This document shows positions 51,781-53,886 of a stretch of 53,886 nt of DNA, one piece after another. Made by a program: the position numbers and the translations under genes. The stretch covers positions 1-53,886 of the forward strand of contig MCFE01000605.1 of the NCBI GenBank assembly GCA_002104905.1, given 5' to 3'. Every line of letters begins with the position of its first letter. Position 1 is the first letter of the stretch. The DNA comes from Basidiobolus meristosporus CBS 931.73 (taxonomy: Eukaryota > Fungi > Basidiobolomycota). The notes under the pieces are model-generated. The model was not told the origin of the DNA and ran no database searches. It was given only the letters and a program-made list of their open reading frames with translations.

Positions 51781-52186
51781 GTTTTATCAGACTCTCCTGA
51801 CTTACCTGTGGATCCCTGCCTTCTGCCCAAAGTTTGAAGAAAACTTGTAAAAGGAATACTCACCGTAAGTATCACCCATCATCTTTCCCTAGTCTTGTCC
51901 TATAAAGGCAAAGATACTTTATCTTTGTAAAACTATTGGTCAAAGCTGCATTGACTTTATTACCCTGCTGGTGGATTTTACAGTTGTTACAGTATTGGAA
52001 GCTTTAGTACAATACTCTATCAAAGGACGTTGAAACCAGTACCTTCTGAAGTGACGCTAACTTATTTAAGTTGGGGATTGTGGCTCAATAGTTGTATTCT
52101 TGACATACTAGTGGCTTTACAAACCCACAATCTAGTTTAGTATATTCCAGTATTCCTTGCAAGTTCATCCGCCTCCCTCTGCTACC

Positions 52187-53119
52187 ATGTCCAACCTAGA
52201 GCTGAACTTTGCCCAGCTCATGGCTGCCTTTACCCAACTGCAGCAAGACCATGCAGACCTCAGAAACACTCTTGCTCAGTTCCAGAACCAAAGTGTCCAG
52301 CAAACTAGCCATGTCCCAGTCTACCAAGAACCCAAGTATACTCCTGCTACCAAGTTCAATGGCTCTCAGAATGAATTTCGTGGCTTCATCAACATGGTGA
52401 AGAACAATCTTGCACTCCAGCCCAACCGGTACCCCACTGACCAGGCCAAAGTTGGTTTCATCTCCAACCTGCTTACTGGTACAGCTCTCAAGTGGTTCTC
52501 CCCATTAGTGGAGACCAACTCTCCCCTACTCAGAGACTATCAAGCCTTTCTCACTGAAATGGAGCTAACATTTGGTAACCTTGACCAAGCCAGAACTGCT
52601 CCCAACAAGATCAAGACCCTCAAACAAGGGAACAAACCAGCATCAGTCTATGCCTCAGAATTCCGACAACTCTCCAGTGACCTCAGCTCCTGGGGTCAAG
52701 CAGCCTTGATAAGCCAATTCCAAGATGGCCTTAATGATGAAGTTTGTGATCTGCTACTCACACTCCCAGATCCAGATACATTGGTTGAAGCTATGCACCA
52801 GGCAATCCGGTGTAATAACAGACTATTCCAGAAGAAGCAAAAGAATTGTCAAAGACACATTCCTGTTGCAGTCCCAGCCCTTACTGCTCCCCAAGTCACT
52901 CCAGAAGATCCTATGCAGATTGATAGTGCTAAATACAAGAAACTATCAAAGAGTGAAAAGTCCAGACGTCAACAAGCCAACCTCTGTCTATACTGTGGCC
53001 AACCAGGTCACTTTGCCAAGTCCTGCCCCAACAAGAAGTCCAGCTTCAAGCTGGTGCAGTCCTCCAGTAACCAACCTGATTCAGATCTGTCGGGAAACTC
53101 TAATGTCCAGTTGCACTGA
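52187..53119 (+). CDS. Ty3/gypsy Gag (PEG10/sushi-like capsid plus CCHC knuckle), intact
   Basis: Reads MSNLEL..KFNGSQNEFRGF..KVGFISNLLTGTALKWF..QFQDGLNDEV..CLYCGQPGHFAKSC. Confidence 0.93.
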   Translation: MSNLELNFAQLMAAFTQLQQDHADLRNTLAQFQNQSVQQTSHVPVYQEPKYTPATKFNGSQNEFRGFINMVKNNLALQPNRYPTDQAKVGFISNLLTGTALKWFSPLVETNSPLLRDYQAFLTEMELTFGNLDQARTAPNKIKTLKQGNKPASVYASEFRQLSSDLSSWGQAALISQFQDGLNDEVCDLLLTLPDPDTLVEAMHQAIRCNNRLFQKKQKNCQRHIPVAVPALTAPQVTPEDPMQIDSAKYKKLSKSEKSRRQQANLCLYCGQPGHFAKSCPNKKSSFKLVQSSSNQPDSDLSGNSNVQLH

Positions 53120-53886
53120 CAGGCTTGCAACTGGACCCACCCATGAAAATCCAGCATATCCAAGAATCTTCCTTTGCCACAAAATCTATCCAGTCCTTGA
53201 GAATGCCTGTCAAAATCCAGATCCCTGACTCCAGTCCTGTCCCAGTCCTAGCCCTGATGGATTCCGGTGCTTCATCCTGTTTCATTGACCAAGCCTTTGT
53301 CCAGAAGCACTCTATTCCTGTTACCTTGAAATCCTGTCCAGTCCAAGTAGAAGTTATTGATGGAAGATCACTCTCCTCTGGTGCCGTTACCCATGAAACA
53401 TGCTTACTCCAGCTGTCCAGTACTGCCACCAAGAAAGAATCGCCTTCAACATCATCAACTCACCACACTATCCTATTGTGCTTGGAAGCTCATGGCTGAG
53501 TTACCACAATCCAAGTATTGATTGGAAATCCAAAATCCTGTCATTCACCAGATCCCACCAAGTCAACTCCATGAAATCTCCAGACCTTGATAACTGTGAA
53601 AAGACTGTTGCCAACAGTTCAACAGCCCAAGATACCTTGCCAGCTGAAGGAGCCCCCCCAGCAAACATACCATCCAAGTACCAAGAGTTTGCCCATGTCT
53701 TTGACAAGAAGAAAGCAGAACTCCTCCCTGACCATTGGCCTTATGACTGCCCTATTGACCTTGAAGATGGAAAAGTCCCTGCATTTGGCCCAATATATAA
53801 CCTCTCCCAGCCGGAGTTGAAAGAACTCCATGGTTATATTCAAGAAAACCTCCAGAAGGGTTTTATTCAGCACTCCAAATCACCTG
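53092..53886 (+). pseudogene. Ty3/gypsy Pol start (protease, RT N-terminus), disrupted, runs off window
   Basis: Lies in the -1 frame from gag. Has LALMDSGAS, a frameshift near 53415, VLGSSWLSYHNPSIDW and LPDHWPYDCPIDL..FGPIYNLS..KSP; TAA at 53101-53103. Confidence 0.9.

Overview
Eukaryotic, most likely fungal, DNA (lineage inferred, not proven). Bases 1-4.7 kb hold two tandem intronless paralogues that keep normal CpG. They encode secreted Gly/Asn-rich proteins built from repeated Cys-x18-Cys beta-hairpin-like modules: 18 in the 5'-truncated, frameshifted copy 1 and 10 in the intact copy 2. I recognise no family for them, and they are the best candidate for an undescribed system. From about 5 kb to the end the window is a CpG-depleted nest of decayed transposons with no recognisable host gene. 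It contains Ty3/gypsy and Ty1/copia fragments, several solo LTRs with 4-bp TSDs, CACTA/EnSpm (Transposase_21) copies with an accessory ORF, PIF/Harbinger (DDE_Tnp_4 plus Myb-like) remnants and a possible KDZ remnant. It also holds eight full or partial copies of a ~730-bp palindromic foldback MITE whose two arms appear homogenised within each copy. A younger Ty3 element with a PEG10-like G GGA AAC -1 frameshift site runs off the right edge. All domain calls come from motif recognition by eye, and boundaries of decayed elements are approximate.
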